A stretch of DNA of 64,000 bases from Candidatus Aenigmatarchaeota archaeon (lineage in GTDB: Archaea; Aenigmatarchaeota; Aenigmatarchaeia; GW2011-AR5; JAHLMP01): contig JAHLMP010000002.1 in the NCBI GenBank assembly GCA_018920315.1, positions 48,075-112,074 of the forward strand. The letters are read 5' to 3'. Shown piece after piece: positions 19,230-28,832 of the stretch (positions are counted from its first letter, which is position 1; the number at the start of each line of letters is the position of its first letter). The position numbers and the translations under genes were made by a program. The notes beneath the pieces were generated by a model. It had not been told where the DNA came from and did no database searches. It saw nothing but the letters and a program-made list of their open reading frames with translations.

Positions 19230-19727
19230 ATGAGTAAAAAGGTAACGCGAGAAATAAAAGAAATTATAGAAGAATTATATCAATTAGGCTATAGTTACAA
19301 AGAAATAAGTGAGATAGTGGGATTATCACCTTCTACAACATATAAATACATTCTACTAAGAAGAAAGGGAGTAGATTCTAACGTAACATATGCAGATTAT
19401 TTTGCTAGAGAAAAAGGATTCAAATCATATAAGGAATATAAAACGTACTTAGCAAGAAAAAATGGGTACGAATCTTACGGTCTTTATCTAATTGATCAAG
19501 ATGTTGAAAGATCTAAAAGAAATAGAAAATTAGGAAATCTGATAAAAGAAAGATTAGAAACTCTAGAAAAAAATCCAAAATGGCTTGCCAGAAAGCTAGG
19601 AGTTTCTAGAAGAACTGTTTATCAATATCTAGAAGGCACAAGGTTTCCTTCAAAAGAAATATTGCCAAGCTTGTTTGAAGTTTTAGGATTACCTTATCAA
19701 ATTCTAGAAGAGATAAGCGAAGAATGA
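19230..19727 (+). CDS. double helix-turn-helix DNA-binding protein
   Basis: Two HTH units: GYSYKEISEIVGLSPSTTYKY and LARKLGVSRRTVYQYLEG. Confidence 0.4.
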   Translation: MSKKVTREIKEIIEELYQLGYSYKEISEIVGLSPSTTYKYILLRRKGVDSNVTYADYFAREKGFKSYKEYKTYLARKNGYESYGLYLIDQDVERSKRNRKLGNLIKERLETLEKNPKWLARKLGVSRRTVYQYLEGTRFPSKEILPSLFEVLGLPYQILEEISEE

Positions 19728-19833
19728 GCATTAATCAAAAAGAAGAAGTATAAATTATCTAAAGAAGCGATTTAGTCCAAAAATGGAAATTCGATTTTAA
19801 ACTTTATAAAATCTCGAAAATAAAAGATAAAAT

Positions 19834-20661
19834 ATGATGCTTGAAATCTTTGGCGTGAACGCTTTTTTTGCTCTTGCTATCGCAACTGCTCTTTCTGGCA
19901 CGCTAATCGCTGGAGTTTGGGATTTGTTAACTACCGAGATTCCAGATGAGATTCCTTATTTCATGGCTTCCTTTGGAATTTTTCTTTGGTTTATTTACAT
20001 GCTAAAAACTGGAAGCACAATAGAATTTCTAACATCGCTTTTTATCGGTAGCATTTTCTTAATCTATGGTTATGTTTTGTATAAAACTGGTCAATGGGGC
20101 AGCGGCGATAGCGCTTTGTTAGCAAGCATTGGCTATCTTTTACCCGTAATTCCCAGAATAGATTTCTTCCCGCTCCATTTTTTCATAAATCTTTATGTTG
20201 CTGGCGCTTTTTGGATTATAATCTACTCTTTAGCAGCAGGGCTTGCTTTTAAACAAGCAAGAAAAAAGATTCTTAAGAGCTTGAGAAATAATTTGAGAGC
20301 CAAACTTTCGGTAGCTTTTTCGATAATGTTTTTCATTCTATCCTTTTTCGATAAAAATATGCTACTTGCTTCTCTCTTATTTCTTCTTCTCCTATTTTAC
20401 GATTATGGAAAGTTAGTAGAAAGGTATGTTTTTAGAAGAAGAATACATGCATCTAAATTAAAGGTTGGCGATGTTTTAGCAAACTCTAAACTTTGGGTTG
20501 GCGTAACCGAAGACGAAATAAAAGAAATAAGAAAAAAACACGGATTTGTTGAAATAAAGGAAGGCGTGAGATTCGGTTTGGCGTTTTTCATTGCATTGCT
20601 TTTCACTTTGATATTCAATGGAAGCCAGATAGTGAATTTTTATCTTTCGATTCTATTTTGA
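19834..20661 (+). CDS. A24-family prepilin/preflagellin peptidase (PibD/FlaK-like)
   Basis: Asp in TM1 (GVWDLLTTEIPDEI) and the GxGD-like motif WGSGDSALLAS. Confidence 0.55.
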   Translation: MMLEIFGVNAFFALAIATALSGTLIAGVWDLLTTEIPDEIPYFMASFGIFLWFIYMLKTGSTIEFLTSLFIGSIFLIYGYVLYKTGQWGSGDSALLASIGYLLPVIPRIDFFPLHFFINLYVAGAFWIIIYSLAAGLAFKQARKKILKSLRNNLRAKLSVAFSIMFFILSFFDKNMLLASLLFLLLLFYDYGKLVERYVFRRRIHASKLKVGDVLANSKLWVGVTEDEIKEIRKKHGFVEIKEGVRFGLAFFIALLFTLIFNGSQIVNFYLSILF

Positions 20662-20803
20662 TTTTTAAGCCAAATATTCTTAATCAAAGTCTTATATTTT
20701 TTCTTAAAGGCTTTACATTTGAAAAATTCTGAAATACTAAATAGATTAATAAATCTAAAGAAAATAGTAATAAATAGTGAAACAATTTTAAGTTGATGTA
20801 GAA

Positions 20804-21835
20804 ATGATTACGAAATTGCCATATAAAATAATGATAGAAGAGCAATGTAAAGGAAAACTCTTAGATTTTTTCAGAGAATTTGAATCAATAAATAGAATAG
20901 CCATAATCTGCGGTGAAAATACATTTAGCGTAATAGGAGAAGATGTCAAAGAAGAGCTTAAGAGTGAATATAAAGCGGATACATTCCTCGTAAATTCAGA
21001 TTTTGGAGAAAAAGAACTAATAGAAAAGCTTTCTAAGGACATAGGGGGTTATGATATTGTTATTGGCATTGGAGGAGGTAGAAACATAGATATAGCAAAA
21101 TATTCTTCATTGCTCGCAAAAGTTCCTTGGGTAGCATTTCCTACAGTGCTTTCTCATGACGGAGTAGTTTCTTCAAGAGCTTCTATAAAATCCAATGGAA
21201 AAAGAATTTCTATTCAGGCACAAGAGCCGATAGGAATTATAATAGATTTAGATATTGTTAGAAAAGCTCCTTATAGAAATATTGCAGCAGGTTTTGGTGA
21301 TTTGATAAGTAATATAATAGCTGTAGAGGACTGGAAACTTGCAGCTAAAAGAGGAAAGGAAAGGTATCACACCCTAATAGGAGAGCTTTCTTTACTTTCA
21401 GCAAGAGCTGTTATAGAGCATGTAGATGAGATAAGAAGTTTAGATCTTCATGGCTTAGAAGTTCTTGCTTGGTCTTTAATATGCTCCGGATTTGCAATGA
21501 ATATCTATGGCTCTTCTCGACCATGCTCAGGAAGTGAGCACAACTTTTCTCATGCATTAGATGAGCTTGGAAGTAATGCTTTGCACGGAGAGCAATGTGC
21601 TTTGGGTACAATAATAATGAGCTATTTGCATAATAAGGATTGGAAAGAAATAAGAGATATTATAAAAAGAGTAGGGCTTCCAACCAGTGCTAAAGAGATT
21701 GGAATAAGTGAAGATGTTTTAGTAAAAGCTTTGGTTATTGCAAAGCATGTAAGAGAAAGATATACTATACTTGATGAAGTTGATATTAATGAAGATTATG
21801 CAAGAAGAATATTAAAGGAGGTTGAAATAATCTAG
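20804..21835 (+). CDS. egsA: glycerol-1-phosphate dehydrogenase
   Basis: Iron-ADH/DHQS fold with GIGGGRNIDIAKY and a His cluster. Confidence 0.8.
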   Translation: MITKLPYKIMIEEQCKGKLLDFFREFESINRIAIICGENTFSVIGEDVKEELKSEYKADTFLVNSDFGEKELIEKLSKDIGGYDIVIGIGGGRNIDIAKYSSLLAKVPWVAFPTVLSHDGVVSSRASIKSNGKRISIQAQEPIGIIIDLDIVRKAPYRNIAAGFGDLISNIIAVEDWKLAAKRGKERYHTLIGELSLLSARAVIEHVDEIRSLDLHGLEVLAWSLICSGFAMNIYGSSRPCSGSEHNFSHALDELGSNALHGEQCALGTIIMSYLHNKDWKEIRDIIKRVGLPTSAKEIGISEDVLVKALVIAKHVRERYTILDEVDINEDYARRILKEVEII

Positions 21836-21867
21836 AAAGTTTAAAGGAATTTGAAATAATCTAGAAA
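21811..21867. repeat. imperfect tandem duplication (about 28 bp x 2) of the 3' end of egsA including its stop codon
   Basis: attaaaggaggttgaaataatctagaaag versus tttaaaggaatttgaaataatctagaaaa. Confidence 0.8.
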
Positions 21868-21871
21868 ATTT

Positions 21872-22657
21872 TCATCTCTTATTTTTCAACTTTCTTCTTT
21901 TTAAACTCTTTATCGCTTTAACTATCTCTATTGATTTTTTTATATCCTTCTCTATTATAGTTCCTGTGACAATTATATCTGCACCAGCTATTATAGCATT
22001 CTTTGCTTGCTCCTCTGTCTTTATTCCCCCACCAACTATCAAAGGAATATCTATCTCATGTTTTACCGCTTTTATCATCTCCAGAGGAACTGGTTCGTAG
22101 GCTCCAGAACCAGCTTCTAAGTAAACTAATCTCATACCCATATATTGAGCTGCTAAAGCATATCCTATAGCTTTATCTATCTCATCCCTTTTAATAAGCT
22201 CAGCATTCTTTCCTACCGTCATTCCTGGCTCAATTATAATATAACCAACAGGTATTGGTTCTATCCCATAAATTTTAATTAATCTTGCTCCAATTGATTG
22301 ATATCCTGTAGCAAAGCGCATATCCTTTGAGTTCATCAAGCATAGAAAAAAGACTGCATGCGCATGCTTGCTCACGCCTGTTTCTGGATTTCCAGGAAAT
22401 AAAATTATAGGCAAAGAGCAAGATTCTTTTATAGATATTATAACTTTGTCCAAAAAGCTATTTTTAACACCACTGGAGCCTCCTACCATAATTGCATCAG
22501 TTCCAGCATCCTCTAACTTACTTACAGCATCTATAACGTATTCAATTTTAGTTTTCGAAGGATCAGGATCTATAAGAGAGAAGTGAAGAGGTTTGTTCTT
22601 CAATTTTTTCATAATATACTTTTCAACGCTTCTCGATTTTTTCAATGTATTTTTCAT
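21872..22657 (-). CDS. geranylgeranylglyceryl phosphate synthase (PcrB family)
   Basis: KPLHFSLIDPDP, GGGIK and TIM-barrel PcrB motifs. Confidence 0.8.
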   Translation of the reverse strand: MKNTLKKSRSVEKYIMKKLKNKPLHFSLIDPDPSKTKIEYVIDAVSKLEDAGTDAIMVGGSSGVKNSFLDKVIISIKESCSLPIILFPGNPETGVSKHAHAVFFLCLMNSKDMRFATGYQSIGARLIKIYGIEPIPVGYIIIEPGMTVGKNAELIKRDEIDKAIGYALAAQYMGMRLVYLEAGSGAYEPVPLEMIKAVKHEIDIPLIVGGGIKTEEQAKNAIIAGADIIVTGTIIEKDIKKSIEIVKAIKSLKRRKLKNKR

Positions 22658-22772
22658 ATAACAATAATATTGAAAAAGAAAATTTAAGTTTTGTAAGTTT
22701 AATTTTATCAGATTTTTAACTTTTTGCTTTTAATATTTTGTTTTAAAATTTTATAGGTTGCTAAACCCATTT

Positions 22773-25262
22773 TCATCTCTTATAAATTTTATCAATAACT
22801 TTAGATACGGAAATGCTCATAATGATAGAGAATATTCCTACGAAAAACAAAATTCCAAATTCTTTAAGAGTTAAAGGTATGGAATAGAAATAAACGTTAA
22901 AAGGAGAGTACAAGATTAAAAATTGTAAAAAGATAGAAAATATAATAGAAGCTAAGAGCAATTTGTTTTCTAGCCAATATTTCAAACCAATTGTTTTATC
23001 ATTTATTTTTATTGTTATTATTCTTATTATCTCGAAGAATACAAAACCAGAAAATACTATAGTTCTAATTTCCTCTTCACCTTTGCTCAATGAGCCAGCG
23101 AGGAGTATCGCAAAACCAAGGACTATTCCTAACGAGAAAATATTTGTTATTGTTTTATTGTCAAGGAACCCCTCGCTTTTCTTTCTTGGCCTTCTTTTCA
23201 TTATCTCTGGTTCTGCTGGCTCGAAAGATAAGGCTAAAGCTGGCAACCCATCTGTAACTAGATTTATCCAAAGTATTTGAATAGGATAAAGAAGAATAAA
23301 TGGCAAAAATAATAAAGATAGAAGAACAACAAAAACCTCTGCTATGTTGCAGCTAAATAAATATATAATAAATTTTTTCATGTTGTCATAAATTCTTCTA
23401 CCTTCTTTTATTGCATTTCTTATACTTGCAAAGTTGTCATCAAGTAAAATAATATCACTCGCCTCTTTCGCAACCTCTGTTCCTTTTATTCCCATAGCAA
23501 TTCCTACGTCAGCTTTTTTCAAAGCTAAAGCATCATTAACGCCATCTCCTGTCATCGCAACAGAATAGCCTTTCTTTTTGAGAGCGTCTAAAATTTTTAA
23601 TTTGTGGAAAGGATTCGTTCTAGCAAATACATTAACTCCTTTTTCTAAATTCTCGATAATATCTTTCTCATCCATCTTTTCTAATTCATTGCCACGTATA
23701 GCTCCATTAGTTATTAATCCTATTTCTCTTGCTACTGCTAGAGCTGTTGCTTCATTATCTCCAGTAATCATTATAACCCTAATTCCGGCAGAGTAGCATT
23801 CTTCTATTGCTTCTTTAACTTCCTTTCTTGGAGGATCTGTCAACAAAACCAATGCAACAAAAATCAAATCCTTTTCCTCAAGCTCCTGTTCTTTATAGGC
23901 TAAAGCTAAAACCCTATAAGTTTTTGATGCAAACTCTTCATTTTTTTCTAGTATCTTTCTTTTTAGTTCTTCATCCAAGTCTACGATAGCTTCTCCTAAT
24001 AATGCCTTGCTACATTTTGATAAAATAACTTCTGGAGCACCCTTTGAAAATAAAATTCGCTTGTTTTCATTCTCGCACAAAACACTCATCATTTTTCTTT
24101 CTGATGTAAAATGAATTTCATCAACCTTTCTATACTCCTCGTATTTTATTCTCTCCATAGAAAATTCTTTTAATGCGATATCAGTTTCATCTCCAATCAA
24201 AACATCTTTATTATTAATCTTTGCTATGTTAGCATTATTACAATAATAGCAAATTTTTATCGCAATCTCCTTTGCTTTTTCACTCTCTTCTAAAAACCAA
24301 AGATCCTTAACCTTCATCTTACCTTCAGTTAATGTTCCGGTTTTATCTGTGCAAATTACATCAACAGAACCAATAGATTCTGTAACTGCAAGCCTTCTAA
24401 TTAAAGCATTTCTTTTTGCCATCTCGTGAGATGCTAATGCTAGAGTAGCAGTAATAACAGCAGGCAAGCTTTCCGGAATAGCAGCAACTGCTAAAGATAC
24501 AGAAAGAAGAAAAGCTTCTAAGCTACCGAATTTTTTAAAGGAGATTAAGAATGTTAGAATGATTATTAAGATAGTTAGTCTAACTATTGTTTTTGTAAAT
24601 CTTTTTAGCTCTTTTTGGAAAGGCGTTTCTTCTTCTTTCATCTCTTGCATCTCTTTTGCTATTTTACCTATTTCTGTTTTCATACCTGTTGCAAAAACCT
24701 TAGCGATTGCCTTGCCAACAAAAACATGACAACCAGAAAAAATGTTATCGCCTTCTCTCTTTTTTACAGATCTGGATTCTCCTGTCAGTGGAGATTCATC
24801 TACTTCTAAGCTTCCTTCCAAAATTGTAGCATCTGCAGGAATTATATCTCCTCCATCAACAACAATTAAATCATCTGGTACAACTTCAGCGCTTTCGATT
24901 TCAATTATTTTTCCTTCTCTTATTACCCTTGCTCTTGGAGCAGCTATTTTTTTCAAGGCTTCTATAGCTTTCTCAGCCTTATATTCTTGCACAAAGCCAG
25001 CAAAAGCAGATATTAGAATCACAATTAAAATTAAGAAAGAATCTATAAACTCCTCTCCTCCAATAAAATTTACATAGAATGAAATCATAGAGGCGAATAT
25101 CATTAGTAATATTATAGGGGATTTAAATTGAGAAGCGAAGATTTTGATGGGCGATACTTTCTCACTTTCTTTTATTTCGTTTCTTCCATAGATCTCTATT
25201 CTTTTTTTCGCTTCTTCAAGAGATAATCCATAAAAGCTTTCTAGATACACCATTATTTTCAC
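22773..25262 (-). CDS. P-type cation-transporting ATPase (type II, Ca2+/cation)
   Basis: DKTGTLT phosphorylation motif, TGDN and GDGVNDA motifs; about 10 TM. Confidence 0.85.
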   Translation of the reverse strand: MKIMVYLESFYGLSLEEAKKRIEIYGRNEIKESEKVSPIKIFASQFKSPIILLMIFASMISFYVNFIGGEEFIDSFLILIVILISAFAGFVQEYKAEKAIEALKKIAAPRARVIREGKIIEIESAEVVPDDLIVVDGGDIIPADATILEGSLEVDESPLTGESRSVKKREGDNIFSGCHVFVGKAIAKVFATGMKTEIGKIAKEMQEMKEEETPFQKELKRFTKTIVRLTILIIILTFLISFKKFGSLEAFLLSVSLAVAAIPESLPAVITATLALASHEMAKRNALIRRLAVTESIGSVDVICTDKTGTLTEGKMKVKDLWFLEESEKAKEIAIKICYYCNNANIAKINNKDVLIGDETDIALKEFSMERIKYEEYRKVDEIHFTSERKMMSVLCENENKRILFSKGAPEVILSKCSKALLGEAIVDLDEELKRKILEKNEEFASKTYRVLALAYKEQELEEKDLIFVALVLLTDPPRKEVKEAIEECYSAGIRVIMITGDNEATALAVAREIGLITNGAIRGNELEKMDEKDIIENLEKGVNVFARTNPFHKLKILDALKKKGYSVAMTGDGVNDALALKKADVGIAMGIKGTEVAKEASDIILLDDNFASIRNAIKEGRRIYDNMKKFIIYLFSCNIAEVFVVLLSLLFLPFILLYPIQILWINLVTDGLPALALSFEPAEPEIMKRRPRKKSEGFLDNKTITNIFSLGIVLGFAILLAGSLSKGEEEIRTIVFSGFVFFEIIRIITIKINDKTIGLKYWLENKLLLASIIFSIFLQFLILYSPFNVYFYSIPLTLKEFGILFFVGIFSIIMSISVSKVIDKIYKR

Positions 25263-25338
25263 TCTATTTTTGATTTATCTTTTCAATCTTTGATCAATTT
25301 AATAATATTAAATTTTCAATTTTTATATTCTCAATATT

Positions 25339-25842
25339 TTATATTCTCGTCACTTCTTCAAAGCTCTTTATCTTCTTCTCGCTTGGTTTTTCATCAGGAT
25401 AGCCCAAAGCTATGTTCGCAAGCACTCTATACTTTGTAGAAATTTTTAAAACCTTTCTTACATAATCTTCTCTTTCTTTGTTTTCTGGCGAGTAAACAGC
25501 GTTCCAGCAAGTTGCTAATCCCAAATCTGTAGCTCTTAGCATTAGAAGCATAATAGCGCAGCTCAAATCTTCTACCCAATGTCTCGGACTCTTTTCTTCT
25601 TCTGCTAATGCTACTATTACTACAGGAGCATTAGCCAAAAAAGCTGAATAAGGCTGAGTTTTACTTAAAGCAAGAATCTTTTCTCTATCTTTTACGATCA
25701 AAAACTTCCAAGGTTGAGAATTTCTTGAAGAAGGGGCATAGCAAGCTGCTTCTATACATTTCTTTATTAATTCATCACTTGGAGCTTCTTTCTTGTATTT
25801 TCTTATGCTTCTTCTTTTCTTTATCACTTCAAGAAGTTCCAT
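25339..25842 (-). CDS. nitroreductase-family protein
   Basis: RRSIRKY N-terminal motif; about 165 aa. Confidence 0.7.
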   Translation of the reverse strand: MELLEVIKKRRSIRKYKKEAPSDELIKKCIEAACYAPSSRNSQPWKFLIVKDREKILALSKTQPYSAFLANAPVVIVALAEEEKSPRHWVEDLSCAIMLLMLRATDLGLATCWNAVYSPENKEREDYVRKVLKISTKYRVLANIALGYPDEKPSEKKIKSFEEVTRI

Positions 25843-25933
25843 ATTATTTCTAAAGATTCTTAAATCTTAAAATTTATTTTCGGTAAATTTTTAATAAAAG
25901 TTTTTATTAAGACATACTATAAAAATTAAGATA

Positions 25934-26881
25934 ATGGAAGCTTACTACAAAGATTCAGAAAAATCGAAACATTCTTTAAAAAATAAAAAGTTTTTACTTT
26001 TCGTTATCATAGTATCAATCTTATCAACCTATATTTTCTTTTCAATAATATGGAGCAATATTAATTTTGAAAAAATTCTGTCTGCAGCTGTTGTTGGAAA
26101 GATAGAAAAGGAAAAATTACAAGAAAAAATTACGAAAGAGGTTCTTGGAAATAAATTAGTTACAAAGGTTATAGACGGAGATACTGTAATCATTGAAGGT
26201 GGTTATACTATAAGATTGCTTGGAATAGATGCAGATGAGGTAGGATATCCTTGTTACGAAGCTGCTAAGAAAAGGTTGGAAGAATTGGTTTTAAATAAAT
26301 ATGTTTTTCTCGAGGCTGGTTCAAAAGATAAAGATGAATATAACAGATACTTGCGATTTTTGATTATCAATGGAGAAAATATAAACATAAAATTAGTCAA
26401 AGAAGGGCTTGCAATAGCCAGATTTCAAGATGAAAATGAAAAGTATAGAGAAGATATAATTAAAGCAGAAAAGGAAGCTAGAGAAAACAAGAAAGGTTGT
26501 AAATGGGGAGAAAAGAAAACAATTTTAACAACATCTACAATTGTTGATGCTATAAAAAGCATTAACCAAAGTTTAAATAAAAGTGATGAAATCTTAGCTT
26601 GCGATGCAAAAAATTACATTGGAGAGAATAAGACAGTTGTTGGAAAGATCGTAAGCTCTTCGCGAAGCAAAACAAATACAATATTTTTAAATTTTGAAAA
26701 AACATATCCTAACCAATGCTTTACTGCAGTAATTTTTTCTTCGGATTTATCAAAATTTCCAGAAATGCCAGAAAAATATTACTATGGCAAAATTGTAAGA
26801 GTAAAAGGAAAGATTACAGAATATCAGGGAAAGCCAGAAATAATTTTGAAAGATCCAAAACAAATAGAGATTATAGAATGA
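25934..26881 (+). CDS. membrane-anchored staphylococcal-nuclease-like (SNase) thermonuclease with C-terminal OB-fold-like extension
   Basis: N-terminal TM; VIDGDTVIIEGGYTIRLLGIDADE SNase motif; C-terminal GKIVRVKGKITEYQGKPEIIL OB-like segment. Confidence 0.6.
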   Translation: MEAYYKDSEKSKHSLKNKKFLLFVIIVSILSTYIFFSIIWSNINFEKILSAAVVGKIEKEKLQEKITKEVLGNKLVTKVIDGDTVIIEGGYTIRLLGIDADEVGYPCYEAAKKRLEELVLNKYVFLEAGSKDKDEYNRYLRFLIINGENINIKLVKEGLAIARFQDENEKYREDIIKAEKEARENKKGCKWGEKKTILTTSTIVDAIKSINQSLNKSDEILACDAKNYIGENKTVVGKIVSSSRSKTNTIFLNFEKTYPNQCFTAVIFSSDLSKFPEMPEKYYYGKIVRVKGKITEYQGKPEIILKDPKQIEIIE

Positions 26882-26954
26882 ATAGAAGATGAGTTTTGAT
26901 TAAAATTCTTTATAAATTCACCACAAATTAAAATTCTTAGCATAATAAAAAATT

Positions 26955-27428
26955 ATGCAAATTTATTGGAAAATTCCTCCGAAAGTAAAGATTTATGAAG
27001 CTTTGGGATGCATAGCTGATAATCATGTAGAGTTTATATCTGAAAAAGAGGCTATTGTTACTAGTAGCGAAGGAAATAGAAAGTATCACGTGAGTTTTGA
27101 TTTAGAAAATAATTTTATAAATAGCGATGACAATGGCTCTAAGTTTAAAGGCTATCTTGGATATCCTTCTATCGCTGTTTTAATGCTTAAAGGTATTTTA
27201 CCTTTTGACAAAAGAATAAGCGATGCATTGAAAGGAATAAAATGGAAAAGACTTAATGATAAGTTTAAAGATTATAATAAAACTATAGAGGAAGCTTTGA
27301 GAATAGCAAAAGAAAGAGGAGTTGATGAGAAAGAAATAGAAAATTTTGTTTCTCAAGTAATGTATGAGATAAAATCAAAAAAATTTGTAAGATTCCTTTC
27401 TAAAGGAAAGCAAAAAACTTTACTATAG
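26955..27428 (+). CDS. hypothetical protein
   Basis: ORF with no recognisable motif. Confidence 0.3.
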   Translation: MQIYWKIPPKVKIYEALGCIADNHVEFISEKEAIVTSSEGNRKYHVSFDLENNFINSDDNGSKFKGYLGYPSIAVLMLKGILPFDKRISDALKGIKWKRLNDKFKDYNKTIEEALRIAKERGVDEKEIENFVSQVMYEIKSKKFVRFLSKGKQKTLL

Positions 27429-27472
27429 TGTGAGATTTTAATTTTCAATCTTATATAGAGCTCAACTCTTTA

Positions 27473-28303
27473 TTAACTCTGGGCTAATATTCCTACAAGA
27501 AATGCTATTATGGCTATAAGCATCGCAAACTTACTAATCTTTTGATTCTTTTTTGGCTCTTGAAAAATTGAATAAATAAACAACAAATCTGCAATTAAAA
27601 CTATTGCGATATATTCATAACTAAAAAATCCAAGTAAGAAAGGAAGTGGAGAGAGTATTACAGCAAGAATAATAAATGAACTTGCAATAAATCTAGAAAA
27701 TTTAACAGAAGTTATTATTGGCAAAGTCTTTAATCCAAGCTTCTTATCTCCATTTAAATCTTCTATGTCTCCAAAAATCTCTCTTCCAATATTAGCAAAG
27801 AAGGAAAGCAAGGAAAAAATGAATATCAAATAAAAATTATCAGCAATGATAAGCTCCTTTCCTAAGGATGCGAGATAGCCATAGATAAATGTAGATGCTA
27901 CAAACCAGCTATCTGTAGCATTTCCAATTAATGCTATCCTTTTTAAATTTCTCGCATAGAAAAATTCGAGAAAAGAGTTTATAATAGCCAGTGCAAAACA
28001 ATAAATATTGATAAGCGAAGCTATCGCTGTTCCTATAATGAATAAAAATAGAGCATAAATCTTTGCAAATTTTTTAGAAATTCTCCCGCTTGGCAATGGT
28101 CTATGAGGAGCATTTATCTTATCTATTTCATAATCATAATAATCATTTGTTACAATACCTGCAGAAGATATTAATGCTACAGACGCAATAGCTAAAACTA
28201 AATTTAAAATAGTAGCTTTAGATGCAATCGCTCCTATCATTACTCCTAAAGCAGAAAGAAATACTATAGATGGTCTTATAATTTCAATATATTCTTTCAT
28301 CAA
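27473..28303 (-). CDS. UbiA-family prenyltransferase (digeranylgeranylglyceryl phosphate synthase-like)
   Basis: NDYYDYEIDKINAPHRPLPSG Asp-rich motif; eight-TM profile. Confidence 0.65.
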   Translation of the reverse strand: MMKEYIEIIRPSIVFLSALGVMIGAIASKATILNLVLAIASVALISSAGIVTNDYYDYEIDKINAPHRPLPSGRISKKFAKIYALFLFIIGTAIASLINIYCFALAIINSFLEFFYARNLKRIALIGNATDSWFVASTFIYGYLASLGKELIIADNFYLIFIFSLLSFFANIGREIFGDIEDLNGDKKLGLKTLPIITSVKFSRFIASSFIILAVILSPLPFLLGFFSYEYIAIVLIADLLFIYSIFQEPKKNQKISKFAMLIAIIAFLVGILAQS

Positions 28304-28422
28304 ATTTTATTATAATAAATTAGATTTAAATAGAAATTTCTAACTAAAATGAAATTTTTAGCTTTGTGATAATCTTTCAATATAACAATTTCAAAGGCAG
28401 TTCTCAATTTCAAAAGTAATTC

Positions 28423-28725
28423 TCAAATTTTTGAATATAATAATTTTCTAACCCTTTCTACATCTTCTTTGCGATTAGCTTTCTGATACGCTCTTGATGC
28501 TATTTCATAAAGGCCTGCCCTTTCAGCTATTATTCCAGCTTTCTTAAAATTTCTTTCCCTTTCCAGAACTCTTATAGCGTCTATAACATAACTTTTTCCT
28601 ACATCTTTTCCTTCACTAAGAAGCTGAAGAACAATATCTGGTAAATGTTTTTCATCTACTTCATCTAATAAACTTTCTAAATTTTCATATCTTTTTGTAG
28701 TGCTTCCCATAATTTTATAATTCAA
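28423..28725 (-). CDS. hypothetical small helical protein
   Basis: ORF only. Confidence 0.25.
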   Translation of the reverse strand: MNYKIMGSTTKRYENLESLLDEVDEKHLPDIVLQLLSEGKDVGKSYVIDAIRVLERERNFKKAGIIAERAGLYEIASRAYQKANRKEDVERVRKLLYSKI

Positions 28726-28832
28726 GAGTTAAGATTAAATTTCTAATTTTAATTTTAGTTCTATGATTATTATTCTATAATATAAAATTTTTTAATTACT
28801 CTTTATTTTTCGCGTTTCCATTTCTTTCTACG

